The notes below the pieces were generated by a model. It did no database searches and was not told where the DNA came from. It saw nothing but the letters and a program-made list of their open reading frames with translations. The position numbers were made by a program, and so were the translations under genes. Below, piece by piece: positions 25,006 through 35,764 of a stretch of 64,000 nucleotides of DNA (positions are counted from its first letter, which is position 1; every line of letters starts with the position of its first letter). The stretch covers positions 14,050 through 78,049 of the forward strand of contig CAVPHR010000003.1 in assembly GCA_963704775.1 (NCBI GenBank). The letters are read 5' to 3'. This DNA comes from an uncultured Chloroflexia bacterium. Lineage in GTDB: Bacteria; Chloroflexota; Limnocylindria; Limnocylindrales; CSP1-4.

Positions 25006-26466
25006 GTGAACCCCCCAGATACCGACGCGACCAGGGCGGTCGCCGTCGTGCTCGCGGCCGGGCTCGGCACGCGGATGCGCTCATCGCTCCCGAAGGTGCT
25101 CCACCCGCTCTGCGGGCGACCGATGCTCGCCTACGTCCTCGACGCCTGGGCGAGCACGGCTGACGGCCAGGCCGGGCGGCCGACGGTCGTGTACTCGGCG
25201 CCGGTGGCCGCGGTCACGACGGCCTTCGCCGACCGGGCCGATTTCGCCCTCCAGGCGGATCCGCGCGGGACCGGCGACGCGGTCCGGGCGGCCCTCGAGG
25301 CGGTCCCCGAGGTCGCGGAGATCGTCGTGGTGTACGGCGACGTGCCGCTCGTGACAGGGGCCGACATCGACGCCGTGCTCGAGGCCCGCCGCGAGGACGA
25401 CGCGGCGATCGCGCTCGCGAGCGTCTTCGCCGCCGACCCCGCCCAGCTCGGCCGGGTCGTGCGTGGCGAGTTCGGGACGGTCGAGCGGATCGTCGAGGCC
25501 AAGGACGCCACGCCCGAGGAGCTCGAGACGAACGAGACGAACGCGGGCCTGTACGCGTTCGACGGGACCTGGCTGCGCCGGCGCATCGCCAGCCTCGAGC
25601 CGTCGGGCACGACCGGCGAGCTGTACCTGACCGACCTCGTCCGGCTCGCCCGCGAGGACGGCCGGATCGTGGCCGCGGTCGGCTTCGAGGACGACGGCCG
25701 ATTCGACGGCATCAACGACCGCAATCAGCTCGCCGCCGCCGAGTGGAGCCTGCGCGTGCGCCTCAACGAGGCCCACATGCAGGCCGGCGTGACCATGCGC
25801 GACCCGTCCACGGTCTACCTCGACTGGTCGGTGGACCTCGCCCCCGACGTCACGCTCGAGCCGAACGTCATCCTGCGGGGCCGGACGACCATCGGGACCG
25901 GCAGCGTCATCGGCCCGGGCAGCGAGCTGATCGATGCCACCGTCGGGGAGCGGGCGACCGTGTGGGCCAGCGTCGTCGAGGCGTCGGTCATCGAGGACGA
26001 CGCGACCGTCGGCCCGTTCAGCCACCTGCGCGCGGGCACGGTGGTCGGGCGTGGCGCGCAGGTCGGCAACTACGCCGAGCTCAAGAACACGCATCTCGGC
26101 GCGGGCTCGAAGCAGCATCACGCGAGCTACCTCGGCGACGCGGAGATCGGCGAAGGCGTCAACGTCGGGGCGGGCACGATCACCGCCAACTTCGACGGCA
26201 CCAGCAAACAGCACACGACGGTCGGCGACGGGGCATTCCTCGGCGTCGACACGATGCTGATCGCGCCGGTCGAGGTGGGCGAGGGGGCCCGGACGGGGGC
26301 CGGCGCCGTCGTCACGCGCGACGTCCCGGCGGGCAAGCTCGCCGTCGGCATCCCGGCCCGCATCCGCGAGCCCCGGGCGAAGCCGAAAGCCGCCGATCCC
26401 GCCGCCGCACCACCCGATCCCACAGGCGATCGAACGCCCGATGCCGAGGCAGGCGGTCGAGCGTGA
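25006..26466 (+). CDS. glmU: Bifunctional UDP-GlcNAc pyrophosphorylase/acetyltransferase (start uncertain)
   Basis: LAAGLGTRMRS..PKVLH, GTGDAV, ELYLTD, hexapeptide repeats, YLGDA..NVGAGTIT. Confidence 0.96.
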   Translation: MNPPDTDATRAVAVVLAAGLGTRMRSSLPKVLHPLCGRPMLAYVLDAWASTADGQAGRPTVVYSAPVAAVTTAFADRADFALQADPRGTGDAVRAALEAVPEVAEIVVVYGDVPLVTGADIDAVLEARREDDAAIALASVFAADPAQLGRVVRGEFGTVERIVEAKDATPEELETNETNAGLYAFDGTWLRRRIASLEPSGTTGELYLTDLVRLAREDGRIVAAVGFEDDGRFDGINDRNQLAAAEWSLRVRLNEAHMQAGVTMRDPSTVYLDWSVDLAPDVTLEPNVILRGRTTIGTGSVIGPGSELIDATVGERATVWASVVEASVIEDDATVGPFSHLRAGTVVGRGAQVGNYAELKNTHLGAGSKQHHASYLGDAEIGEGVNVGAGTITANFDGTSKQHTTVGDGAFLGVDTMLIAPVEVGEGARTGAGAVVTRDVPAGKLAVGIPARIREPRAKPKAADPAAAPPDPTGDRTPDAEAGGRA

Positions 26467-27795
26467 GCTTTCCGTTCGTCGAGCTCGTCGTCATCGTCTT
26501 CCTCACGATCCTCGAGGGCTTCTTCGTCGCGGCCGAGATCGCGCTCGTCTCGATCCGGCGCAGCCGCGTCGAGCAGCTGGTCGAGGAAGGCCGGCCCGGC
26601 GCCCGGCGCGTCAGCCGGCTGATCCACGATCCGGGCCGGTTCCTGGCGGTCTGCCAGCTGGGCCTCACGGTCATCGGCTTCTTCGCCTCGGCCTACGCGG
26701 CGGTCAGCCTCACGGACCAGCTCTCCAGCCTGCTCGAAGGCGCGGGCATGGACCGCGGCACGGCGCAGGGCCTGTCGCTGATCCTGGTGACGATCCTGCT
26801 CGCGCTGTTCACGATCGTCTTCGCCGAGCTCGTGCCCAAGACGCTCGCGCTCGCCAACGCCGAGCGGTTCGCGATCACCCTGTCGCTCCCGATCGAGTTC
26901 CTGGCCCGCGCGCTCGGACCGGTCATCGCCGTCCTCACCTGGATCACCAGCAAGATCACCGGGCTGTTCGGGGCGAACGTCACGAGCGAGCAGCAGATCA
27001 CCGCCGAGGAGCTTCGGCTGATCGTCGAGCGTGGCGGCGAGCAGGGCATCCTCGAGGCCGAGGAGGAGCAGATGATCAACGCGGTCATCGAGCTCGGCAG
27101 CCAGCGCGTCCACGAGGTGATGGTGCCCCGCATCGCGATGGTGACCCTGCCGGCCACCTCGACCCTCGACGAGGCGATCGACACCGTCATCGAGGAGGGC
27201 CACAGCCGGATCCCGGTCTACGAGGACCGGATCGACGAGATCGTCGGCATCCTCTACGCCAAGGACCTGCTGCCGTTCCTGAAGGGCTCGGTCGAGGAGC
27301 GGCCGTCCGTCCGCTCGATCCTGCGGACGCCGGTCTTCGTGCCCGAGTCGATGACCGTCGACGACCTGCTGCACGAGCTCCAGCGGCGCAAGGTCCACCT
27401 CGCGATCGTGCTCGACGAGTACGGCGGCACGGCCGGCCTCGTGACGATCGAGGACCTGCTCGAGGAGATCGTCGGGGAGATCCAGGACGAGTACGACGAA
27501 GAGGAGCCGATGATCGTCCAGCTCAGTCGATGACGAGGCGCGGGTCGACGGGCGGGCATCGGTCGACGACCTCGAGGAGCTCTTCGACATCTCACTCGGG
27601 CTCGAGGACGAGGACGAGTACGACACGATCGGCGGGCTCATCTACCACCGCATCGGCGGCGTTCCGAAGCCCGGCGACCGGGTCGAGACGGACGGCCTGA
27701 CCCTGACCGTCGAGACGACCAACGGCCGGCGCGTGGGCAAGGTCCTCGTGGTCCGCGAGCGGCGCGACTCCGACGACGACGAGTCCGACCGCTAG
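26463..27795 (+). CDS. CNNM/HlyC-CorC membrane protein with CBS pair (frameshift near 27525)
   Basis: FFVAAEIALVS, ELVPKTLA, GHSRIPVY, DEYGGTAGLVTIEDLLEEIVGEIQDE, CorC tail YDTIGG. Confidence 0.93.
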
Positions 27796-27834
27796 GTCGT
27801 CGATCTCGGCCGCCGGGGCCGGTCGCCGCGCCTT

Positions 27835-28860
27835 CTAGGCGCTGATGGCCGCCACGATGAGCCGCTCGAGGTGTTCGCGCGCGGCCGGCGAGACGACCCC
27901 CGCCGCATCGAGCTCGGCGAGCGCCTCGTCGCGGTACCGATGGGCCTCGTCGCGGGTGTGCTCGCGGGCGCCTGTCCGATCGAGGATCGCCACGATCTCG
28001 GCGACGTCCTCGGGCGTCGGGGCGGCCTGGGCGTAGAGCTCGGCGAGCCGCGCCCGGTCCTCGGGGCCGCCGGTCTCGTGCGCGTAGATCACCGGCAGCG
28101 TCTTCTTGCGATGGGCGATGTCCGAGGCTTCCTTGCCGGTCGAGCGTTCCGTGCCCCAGATCCCGAGCAGGTCGTCGTTGAGCTGGAACGCGAGGCCCAG
28201 CGCCCAGCCGAAGCCGCGGTACCGGGCGATGACCTCGTCGTCGTCGGTCGCGAGCAGGGCACCCGCCTCGATGGACGCCGAGATCAGGGCCGCGGTCTTG
28301 CGCCCGATCATGTCGAAGTAGGCGTCGACGCTCATGACCTCGTCCGACGCGCTGCTCGCGATGTCGAGGTACTGGCCCTCGCACAGGGCGAGGCACGTCT
28401 CGTCGAACAGGCGCATCAGGCGCAGGACCTTCGCGTCGGGGAAGCCGAGGTCGGTCAGGCGGTGGAGCGCGATGCGCGACAGGCTGAAGAGCGTGTCGCC
28501 GGTGTTGATCGCCTGGGGCACGCCGTGCACGGCCCAGAGCGTCGGGCGGTGACGGCGCTCGCGGTCGCCGTCCTCGATGTCGTCGTGGACGAGGCTGAAG
28601 TTGTGGCCGAGCTCGACGGCCGCGGCGCCCGGCAGGGCCCGACGGTGCTCGCCCGCGATCGAGTGGTAGGCGAGGAGGCCGAGGAGGGGCCGGATGCGCT
28701 TGCCGCCCGAGGAGCCCGACCCGTCGAGCGCGAGGTGGTAGCGGACCATCTCGTAGAGGCCGTGGGTCGAGGGGTCGCGATCGGCCACGAGGCGGACGAT
28801 CTCCGCTTCCGTGTCGGCGATCAGCGCCGTGACGTCGATGTCGGTCGAGATCGTGGTCAT
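27835..28860 (-). CDS. Polyprenyl diphosphate synthase (short-chain/GGPP type)
   Basis: GGKRIRP, FSLVHDDIED..RRHRPT, AFQLNDD. Confidence 0.93.
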   Translation of the reverse strand: MTTISTDIDVTALIADTEAEIVRLVADRDPSTHGLYEMVRYHLALDGSGSSGGKRIRPLLGLLAYHSIAGEHRRALPGAAAVELGHNFSLVHDDIEDGDRERRHRPTLWAVHGVPQAINTGDTLFSLSRIALHRLTDLGFPDAKVLRLMRLFDETCLALCEGQYLDIASSASDEVMSVDAYFDMIGRKTAALISASIEAGALLATDDDEVIARYRGFGWALGLAFQLNDDLLGIWGTERSTGKEASDIAHRKKTLPVIYAHETGGPEDRARLAELYAQAAPTPEDVAEIVAILDRTGAREHTRDEAHRYRDEALAELDAAGVVSPAAREHLERLIVAAISA

Positions 28861-29067
28861 CGTGGGACGAGTGTACACGAAACGTGTACCACGCAGGTAG
28901 CCTGTTGACTGGCGCAGGAACCGACGCCGGCGCGGGGGACGCGACCGCACCGGCGTCTACTTCGAGTACGCGCGTCGGCCCGAGCTGGATGACCCTCGCG
29001 TCATGAGGTGCGACGAAGCGGTGCGGCCGGCCACCGCCGGTGACGTGCCGGTGGTACCGTCGCATCG

Positions 29068-29841
29068 ATGCCCGCCCCGCGCCGCTACACCACCGACGCC
29101 ATCGTCCTGTCCCGTTTCGACCTCGGCGAGGCGGATCGCGTCCTGACGCTCATCACGCCCGGCAGCGGCAAGCTCAAGGCGATCGCGAAGGGCGTCCGCC
29201 GGCCGACGTCACGCCTCGGCGGCAGCCTGGAGCCGTTCGCGGAGCTGACGGTGGCGCTCGCCCGTGGCCGGACGTTCGACGTCGTCACCCAGGTCAGCGT
29301 CGGGCACGCGTGGCTGAACCTGCGCGATTCGCTCGAGAGTGCGGCGACCGCCTGGTACATCGCGGAGCTCGCCGACCGCTCGCTCGAGGAGCGCCACGCG
29401 GCCGAGCCCCTGTACCTGCTCCTGCGACGCGCCTACGAGCTGCTCGACGTCGGGATGGCGCCGGGCCGCGTCGCGCGCTGGTACGAGATGCACCTCCTCG
29501 ACGAGCTCGGCGTGCGCCCGGAGGTGGACCGCTGCGTCGAGTGCGACCGCGTCCTCGAGTCGGCGGACCGGTTCCGCTGGGTGCCGCCGCTCGGCGGGGT
29601 GGTCTGCGACCGCTGTCCCGGGCCGCCACACGACCGGGCGGGTCTGACGCTCGATGCCCTGAAGTTGCTCAAGGCGTACCAGCGCCTCGACATCGAGGCG
29701 ATCGCGGCCCTCCGACTGGCGGCGGGCGTCGAACGGGAGGTCGAGACCGCCCTGCGCGACTTCGTGCGCGACGCCCTCGAGCGCGATGCCCGGTCGCTGG
29801 CCTTCCTCGACGAGGTCCGCGCCGTCCCGCTCGCCCGCTGA
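29068..29841 (+). CDS. recO: DNA repair protein RecO
   Basis: GEADRVLTLIT, AKGVRRPTSRLGG, zinc finger CVEC...CDRC. Confidence 0.95.
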   Translation: MPAPRRYTTDAIVLSRFDLGEADRVLTLITPGSGKLKAIAKGVRRPTSRLGGSLEPFAELTVALARGRTFDVVTQVSVGHAWLNLRDSLESAATAWYIAELADRSLEERHAAEPLYLLLRRAYELLDVGMAPGRVARWYEMHLLDELGVRPEVDRCVECDRVLESADRFRWVPPLGGVVCDRCPGPPHDRAGLTLDALKLLKAYQRLDIEAIAALRLAAGVEREVETALRDFVRDALERDARSLAFLDEVRAVPLAR

Positions 29842-30332
29842 TGGCCACCGTCGAGCTCCGGGACATCGTCACCGACGCCGACCGGGAGGCGGCCCTCGCT
29901 CTGCGGCGCGGTGCCGGCCAGGATCGGTTCGTGGCGAGCGTCGAGAAGTCGTTCGCGGATGCCGTCGAGGACGCGCGCGCGATCCCGCGGATGTGGGCGG
30001 CCTACGACGGCGACCGCGCGGTCGGCTTCGTCATGATCAGCGACGGGATCCCCGAGGAGACCCTGGCCGGCGATCCTGAGCTGATCGGTCCGTACTACCT
30101 GTGGCGTCTCCTGATCGACGAGCGCGTCCAGCGGCAGGGCTATGGCACCGCCTGCCTCGACGCGGTCGTGGCGTACCTGCGGACCCGTCCCGGTGCGGAC
30201 ACGCTCTGGACCAGCTGCGGCCAGGAGCCCGGCACCCCGCAGCCGTTCTATGAGCGCTATGGCTTCGTCCCGACCGACCGCTTCGTCGAGGAGGAGCGCG
30301 TGATGCGTCTGGACCTCAAGGAGGCTCGATGA
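29841..30332 (+). CDS. GNAT N-acetyltransferase (polyamine acetyltransferase-like)
   Basis: GQDRFVAS, YYLWRLLIDERVQRQGYG, FYERYGF. Confidence 0.85.
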   Translation: MATVELRDIVTDADREAALALRRGAGQDRFVASVEKSFADAVEDARAIPRMWAAYDGDRAVGFVMISDGIPEETLAGDPELIGPYYLWRLLIDERVQRQGYGTACLDAVVAYLRTRPGADTLWTSCGQEPGTPQPFYERYGFVPTDRFVEEERVMRLDLKEAR

Positions 30333-30751
30333 GCGCCCCAGTCCCATCGAACGACGCGGGCGCCCGCGCCCTCGGCCGACTGGCCATCGACACGGTCGGC
30401 TGGCTGACGTCCACCAACCCCGACGGCCAGCCGCAGAGCTCGCCGGTCTGGTTCCTGTGGGCGGACGGCGAGATCCTCGTCTACTCGCACAAACGCGCGC
30501 CCCGCAACGAGAACATCCGCGAACGGCCGCTGGTCTCGTTCAACCTCAACACCGACGTCAGCGGCGACGAGGTGGTCACGATGGAGGGCATCGCCCGGAT
30601 CGACCCGGCCGGGCCCGACGCGTCGGCCAATCCCGCCTACCTGGCCAAGTATCTGCCGAACATCCAGGGCTACGGCTGGACGGCCGAGTCGTTCGAGGCC
30701 GACTACAACGTCGTCGTGCGGATCACGCCGACCCGCTGGCGCGTGGCCTGA
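30329..30751 (+). CDS. PPOX-class split-barrel oxidoreductase (probably F420-dependent)
   Basis: WLTSTNPDGQPQSSPVWFLW, NIRERPLVS, RITPTRWR. Confidence 0.85.
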   Translation: MSAPVPSNDAGARALGRLAIDTVGWLTSTNPDGQPQSSPVWFLWADGEILVYSHKRAPRNENIRERPLVSFNLNTDVSGDEVVTMEGIARIDPAGPDASANPAYLAKYLPNIQGYGWTAESFEADYNVVVRITPTRWRVA

Positions 30752-30758
30752 CGCGGCG

Positions 30759-31953
30759 ATGACGACGCCAGTGCGTGCAGCCCGCACGGCGCTCCTCGTG
30801 GCGGCCGCGGGGGCCGCGACCGTCACCGGGGCCCGGGCGGGCGGCCGGGCCCTCGTCGGGCGGGCCGAGCGACGCCTCTGCCTGACCGTCGAGCCGCCGC
30901 CGTACGACGCGTCGGAGCGGGCCCGCGCGCTGCACCGCGGGCTGCTGGTGGCCGACCTCCACGCCGACTCCCTGCTGTGGGGCCGCGACCTGCTGCAGCG
31001 GTCCGGGCAGGGCCAGGTCGACGTGCCGCGCCTCATCGAGGGCAACGTCGCGCTCCAGGTCCTCGCCGCGAGCACGAAGTCGCCGCGCCACCTCAACATC
31101 GAGCGCAACGACGACCGCAGCGACGACGTCATCCTGCTCGCGCTCGCCGGGGGCTGGCCGCGGGCCACGTGGCGGAGCCTTCTCGCGCGGGCGCTGCACA
31201 TGGCGCGAGCGGGCGGACGCCATGGCGCGCCGATCCGAGGGTCGGTTCACGCTGATCCGCTCGCGCGCCGACCTCGACGCGTACGTCGCGCGGCGGACCG
31301 ACGAGCCGGCGATCACGGCGGGCCTGCTCGCGATCGAGGGCGCGCACGCGCTCGACGACGACCCGGCCAACGTCGAGGTCGTCGCCGACGCCGGCTTCCG
31401 GATGATGTCGCCGAGCCACTTCTTCGACAACGCGTTCGGCGGGTCCGCCCACGGCGTCGAGAAGGGCGGCCTGACCCGGGCGGGCCGCGAGATGATCCGC
31501 CGGATGGAGGCGCGCGGGATGGTGCTCGACCTCGCGCACGCCTCGGGGCCGACGATCGACGAGGTCGTGGCGATGTCGCGGCGGCCGGTCGTCGTCTCGC
31601 ACACCGGCGTCCGCGGCACCTGCGACAACGCGCGCAACCTCTCCGACGAGCAGCTCCGCGGGGTCGCCGCGACGGGCGGGCTGGTCGGGATCGGGTTCTG
31701 GCCGACCGCCTGCGGCGGCGACGATGCCGCGTCGATCGCCCGCTCGATCCGCTACGCCATCGGGCGTCGCCGGGGCCGAGCACGTGGCGCTCGGCTCCGA
31801 CTTCGACGGCGCGGTCCCGGTGCCGTTCGACGCGAGCGGGATGGTGCGGCTCACCGATGCGCTGCTGGACGCGGGCCTCGACGACGACCGATCGCGAAGG
31901 TCATGGGCGGGAACGCGTTCCGCCTCCTCGCGGACACGCTGCCGGCAGCCTGA
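30759..31953 (+). CDS. Membrane-type dipeptidase (M19), frameshifted
   Basis: DLHADSL, VDVPRLIEG, IEGAH, DLAHAS, SHTG..RNLSD, GSDFDG, MGGN. Confidence 0.9.
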
Positions 31954-31977
31954 GCCGGACCCCCGGTCGAGGTCCGG

Positions 31978-33237
31978 TCAGACGAGCTCCGCGATCAGCG
32001 CCGCGGCACGCGCCGCGCCGTCCGAGGCGACCGGGCGATAGGCGATCGGCCGGTCGATCTCGTGGGCGATGGCCTCGGCGATCGCGTCCGGATCCGAGGT
32101 CGCGTAGTCCATCCGCCGGCCGCCGCCGTAGCGGTCGAGCCGGTGGGCGACGTGGCGGTTCTGCTCGAAGTGGTTGCGCGAGCGGGAAGTACAGGAACGG
32201 CCGGCGGCCCGGCCACGAGCTCCATCGTCGTCGTCAGGCCGCCCTGGACGACGGCGAGGTCCGCGGCCACGAGGTGCCGGTAGAGGTCCGGGCACGAAGG
32301 CGCGGACCTCGACGCCCGCGGGCGCGTCGAGCAGCGCCGGGTCGATCCGCGGCCCGGCCACGGCGATCATGCGCAGGCCGGGGACCCGTCGGGCGGCATC
32401 GGGATAGCTCGCGATGACCCGCCGGAGCAAGGCCTCGCCGACGCCGGAGCCGCCGACCGTGACGATGACCACGCGCTCGTCGTCGTGGTAGCCGAGCTCC
32501 CGGCGGAGCGCCTCGCGGCCCTCGATCAGCGGCGTCGGGTCGAACCCGGTCACGTAGCCGGAGAACGCGTAGTGCCGCTCGGTCCAGTCGCGGATGGCGG
32601 GCAGGCCGGGCCCGAAGTCGTCGGGCACGATGTCGTCGGGGTCGCCGACGAAGATCGCCCGGTCGCGGATCCGCGGGAAGCGCGCGACGTGCTCGATCAT
32701 CTCGGCGTTGTAGTCGGCCGTCAGGAACGCCTCGCGCTCGCCGCCAGCGGGCATCGGCAGCCAGCCGACGAAGTCGGTCATCCAGGCGAAGGCCGTGCGC
32801 TTGAGCTCCGGGTTCTCGTGGAGGTAGTAGTCGACGTCCCACGCCTCGTCGCCGATGACGAGGTCGTACTCGCCGTGCTCGACGACGTCGTGGAAGACCA
32901 TGAAGTTGGCGACGAGGATCTCGTCCATGCGCCGGATCGCCTGGAAGGCGTTGAGGTCGTGGCCGGCGGACTCGGAGGTGATGTGCGCCGACTCGCTCGC
33001 GAGCCAGGCGCTCACCGGGTGGATCCGCTCGCCGTGCGCCTCGAGGACGCTGGTCACCGGGTGCTGGGCGAGCCAGTCGATCTCGAGGTCGGGATGGAGC
33101 TTGCGCAGCTCGGCGGCGATGGCGACGTCGCGCTGGGCGTGGCCGAGCCCGATCGGCGAGGAGATGTAGAGGGCCCGTCGCGGGCGGGACAGCGCACGGG
33201 TCCAGGTCGTCTTCGAGGCGGTGGTCGAGGCGTTCAT
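31978..33237 (-). CDS. GT-B fold glycosyltransferase
   Basis: SSPIGLGHAQRD, TVGGSGVG, VVQGGLTTTMEL, HFEQ. Confidence 0.88.
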   Translation of the reverse strand: MNASTTASKTTWTRALSRPRRALYISSPIGLGHAQRDVAIAAELRKLHPDLEIDWLAQHPVTSVLEAHGERIHPVSAWLASESAHITSESAGHDLNAFQAIRRMDEILVANFMVFHDVVEHGEYDLVIGDEAWDVDYYLHENPELKRTAFAWMTDFVGWLPMPAGGEREAFLTADYNAEMIEHVARFPRIRDRAIFVGDPDDIVPDDFGPGLPAIRDWTERHYAFSGYVTGFDPTPLIEGREALRRELGYHDDERVVIVTVGGSGVGEALLRRVIASYPDAARRVPGLRMIAVAGPRIDPALLDAPAGVEVRAFVPGPLPAPRGRGPRRRPGRPDDDDGARGRAAGRSCTSRSRNHFEQNRHVAHRLDRYGGGRRMDYATSDPDAIAEAIAHEIDRPIAYRPVASDGAARAAALIAELV

Positions 33238-34167
33238 CGATCGATCCTCTCGTCTAATGACCGGACGAAGTCGCGGATCAGCAGGTTGGCGAGGACCGGG
33301 TGCCGGCCCGGGATCATGTGGTCGGCGCCTTCGACGATCACCAGCGGCGCGCCGGTGAGCTCCGCGAGTCGATGCGCCTTGGCGATCGGCTGGCAGTGAT
33401 CGTCCGTGCCGTGGACGAGGAGCATCGGGCAGGTGACCTGGCGGCAGATCGCCTCGACCGCCTCGAGGTCCAGGGTGAAGGCCGCCTCGTGCTCCGCGAG
33501 CATGACGTCGACGGAGCCGTCGACCGCCCAACCGGCCGCATCGTCGATGAGCTTCGTCGAATGGGGCTCCGTGGCCATCTGCTCGAAGAAGAACCGCGCG
33601 AAACCCGGGTAGTCGCGGCGCCAGTAGTGCCGGTTGAACTTCGCCCAGCCCTCGTCGGTCGGCAGCTCGTCGTCGAACCTCACGTCCAGGTAGTGCTGAT
33701 GCGTCCGACTCAGGCGCGGCACGCCGACGCGAACGCGACGATGCCCGCGACGCGCTCCGGGCGTTCGGCCGCGAGACGGATCGCCCGCCAGACGCCATCG
33801 ACGCAGAGCCCGACGAGGACGGCACGCGCCGTCGCCGTGGCGTCCATCACCGCTTCGATGTCCTCGACGAACCGCTCGTCCGCGTACGCAGCAGGGTCGG
33901 TCGGCCGGTCCGAGCGGCCGTTGCCGCGCCCGTCGAACGTGACGACGCGGTAGGACCGGCTCAGGTAGGGGATCTGGGCCTTCCACTGCCGCGAGTGGAC
34001 GATCGGCGCCGAGGGGAGGAGCACGAGCGTCGGCTCGCCCGCCCCGAAGACGTCGTACGCGAGGCGGACGCCGTCGGCGGACGTCGCGAACCCGGACGCG
34101 TCGGGCCGACGCGCGACGCCGGACTCCAGTCGCGTCGGACCGATCGGTCGGTGCGGTCGTCGATCAC
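33234..34167 (-). CDS. Alpha/beta hydrolase with Cys at the nucleophile elbow (frameshifted)
   Basis: FDGRGNGRSDRP, VGLCVDG, HGTDD, EGADH. Confidence 0.87.
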
Positions 34168-35099
34168 GTCCCGGTCCCCAGGCTCCGGACGAAGTCGCGG
34201 ATCAGCAGGTTCACCTTCACCGGATCGCGACCGAGCGGCGCGTGGCCGGCGCCCTCGAGCATCACCAGCCGTGCCCCGAGGAGCTTGGCGAGTCGCCGTC
34301 CGACCTTGGGGCTGCTGATCAGGTCGCGGTCGCCGTGGATGACCAGGGTCGGGCACGTGACCCGGCGGATGACGCGCACGGGCGGGCGCCTCGTCCGTTC
34401 CCGCCCAGCCGTCCGGCGGGTCCATGTACGGGGCGTACTCAGCGGCGATGATGACCTCGGGGTCGGTCTCGAGCGCCCAGCCGACCATGTCCTCGATCGG
34501 CTTCGTGGAGTGCGGCTCGTTGAAGACCTGCTCGAAGAAGAACTCGGTGAACCCCGGCCAGTCCGCGCGCCAGTGGTTGGCGTTGTAGCGGTCCCAGCCC
34601 TCGTAGCGGTCCAGCTCGCGATCGAAATCGGGCCCGGGTCCGGCGCCGGCCGGGGCGTCGAGGCGATGCTGGCGCCGATCAGGATGGCGCCCAGCACGCG
34701 CTCCGGGTGGGTCGCGGCGACCTGGAGCGCATAGCCCGCGCCCATCGAGAGGCCGGCCACGACCGCCTGCTCCGTGCCGCTCGCGTCGAGCACGGCGATC
34801 GCGTCGCCGACGAAGGCCGAGCCAGCGTAGGCCGCCGTGTCGAGCGGCCGGTCGGAGCGGCCGTTGCCGCGACCGTCGAACGTGACCACCCGGAAGTGGC
34901 GGGCGAGGTCGTGGATCTGGCTCTTCCAGTGGCGCGAGTGGACGATCGACCACGTCGGCATCAGCAGGATCGTCGGCGAGCCGTCGCCGTAGCGCTCCCA
35001 GAAGACGCGGACCCGTCGCGCTCGACGAATCCGGTCGCGTCCGGGTAGCGGGCGCGCGTCTGCTCGTGCCGGGTCGCCGGCGTCGGCGAGCGTGGTCAC
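34164..35099 (-). CDS. Alpha/beta hydrolase (Ser nucleophile), frameshifted
   Basis: FDGRGNGRSDRP, GLSMG, HGDRD, EGAGH. Confidence 0.88.
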   Translation of the reverse strand: MTTLADAGDPARADARPLPGRDRIRRARRVRVFWERYGDGSPTILLMPTWSIVHSRHWKSQIHDLARHFRVVTFDGRGNGRSDRPLDTAAYAGSAFVGDAIAVLDASGTEQAVVAGLSMGAGYALQVAATHPERVLGAILIGASIASTPRPAPDPGPISIASWTATRAGTATTPTTGARTGRGSPSSSSSRSSTSRTPRSRSRTWSAGRSRPTPRSSSPLSTPRTWTRRTAGRERTRRPPVRVIRRVTCPTLVIHGDRDLISSPKVGRRLAKLLGARLVMLEGAGHAPLGRDPVKVNLLIRDFVRSLGTGT

Positions 35100-35740
35100 G
35101 CCGGGCGCTCCTCGAGCATCCGGATCACCAGGCCGATCTTGCGCAGCGCCGAGCGGGCGGGGACGACCGAATCCGGCATCCCGAGCAGGATCAGCGCCTC
35201 GGCGCCCGAGGAACGGCATGCCCATCAGGGCCGCGACCTCGGCCGGCGTGAACGGCGCCGAGCCCGCCGAGCCGGTGCGCCTCGCGCTCGGCGACCTCGG
35301 CGAGCAGGCGGTACCAGCCCGTCAGGTCCTCGCGGACCGCGGCCGCGACCTCGGCGTCGGACCAGCCGGCGGCGATCATCTCCTGGAGGATCCGGACGTA
35401 GCCGGACTCGAGGTCCTCGTCGAGGAAGTCGCAGGCCCGCTCCCATTGCTCCCAGAGCGGCTCGGGCGCCGCGAACATCGCGCGCTGGCGCTCGAGGAGC
35501 CGGGCGTTCTCCGCCTCGAGCACCGCGAGGATGAGCTGCTGCTTGCTGCCGAAGTGGTAGTGGATCTGGCTGAGCGGGACGCCCGGCCGCCTCGGCGACG
35601 CGCCGGGTCGAGAGGTTCGCGTAGCCGTCGGCGAGCAGGCACGCGCGGGCGGCGGCGAGGATCGCCGCGCGGGTGTCGGCCGTCGCCTGATCCCGGCGCT
35701 CGGCGCGGGTCTGCGGTCGTGTCGCCGTGTCGTCCGCCAC
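35096..35740 (-). CDS. TetR/AcrR family regulator (frameshifted)
   Basis: TRAAILAAARACLLADGYANLSTRRVAEAAGVPLSQIHYHFGSK. Confidence 0.92.
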
Positions 35741-35764
35741 GCGTCGAGCATACGACCCAGCGCC

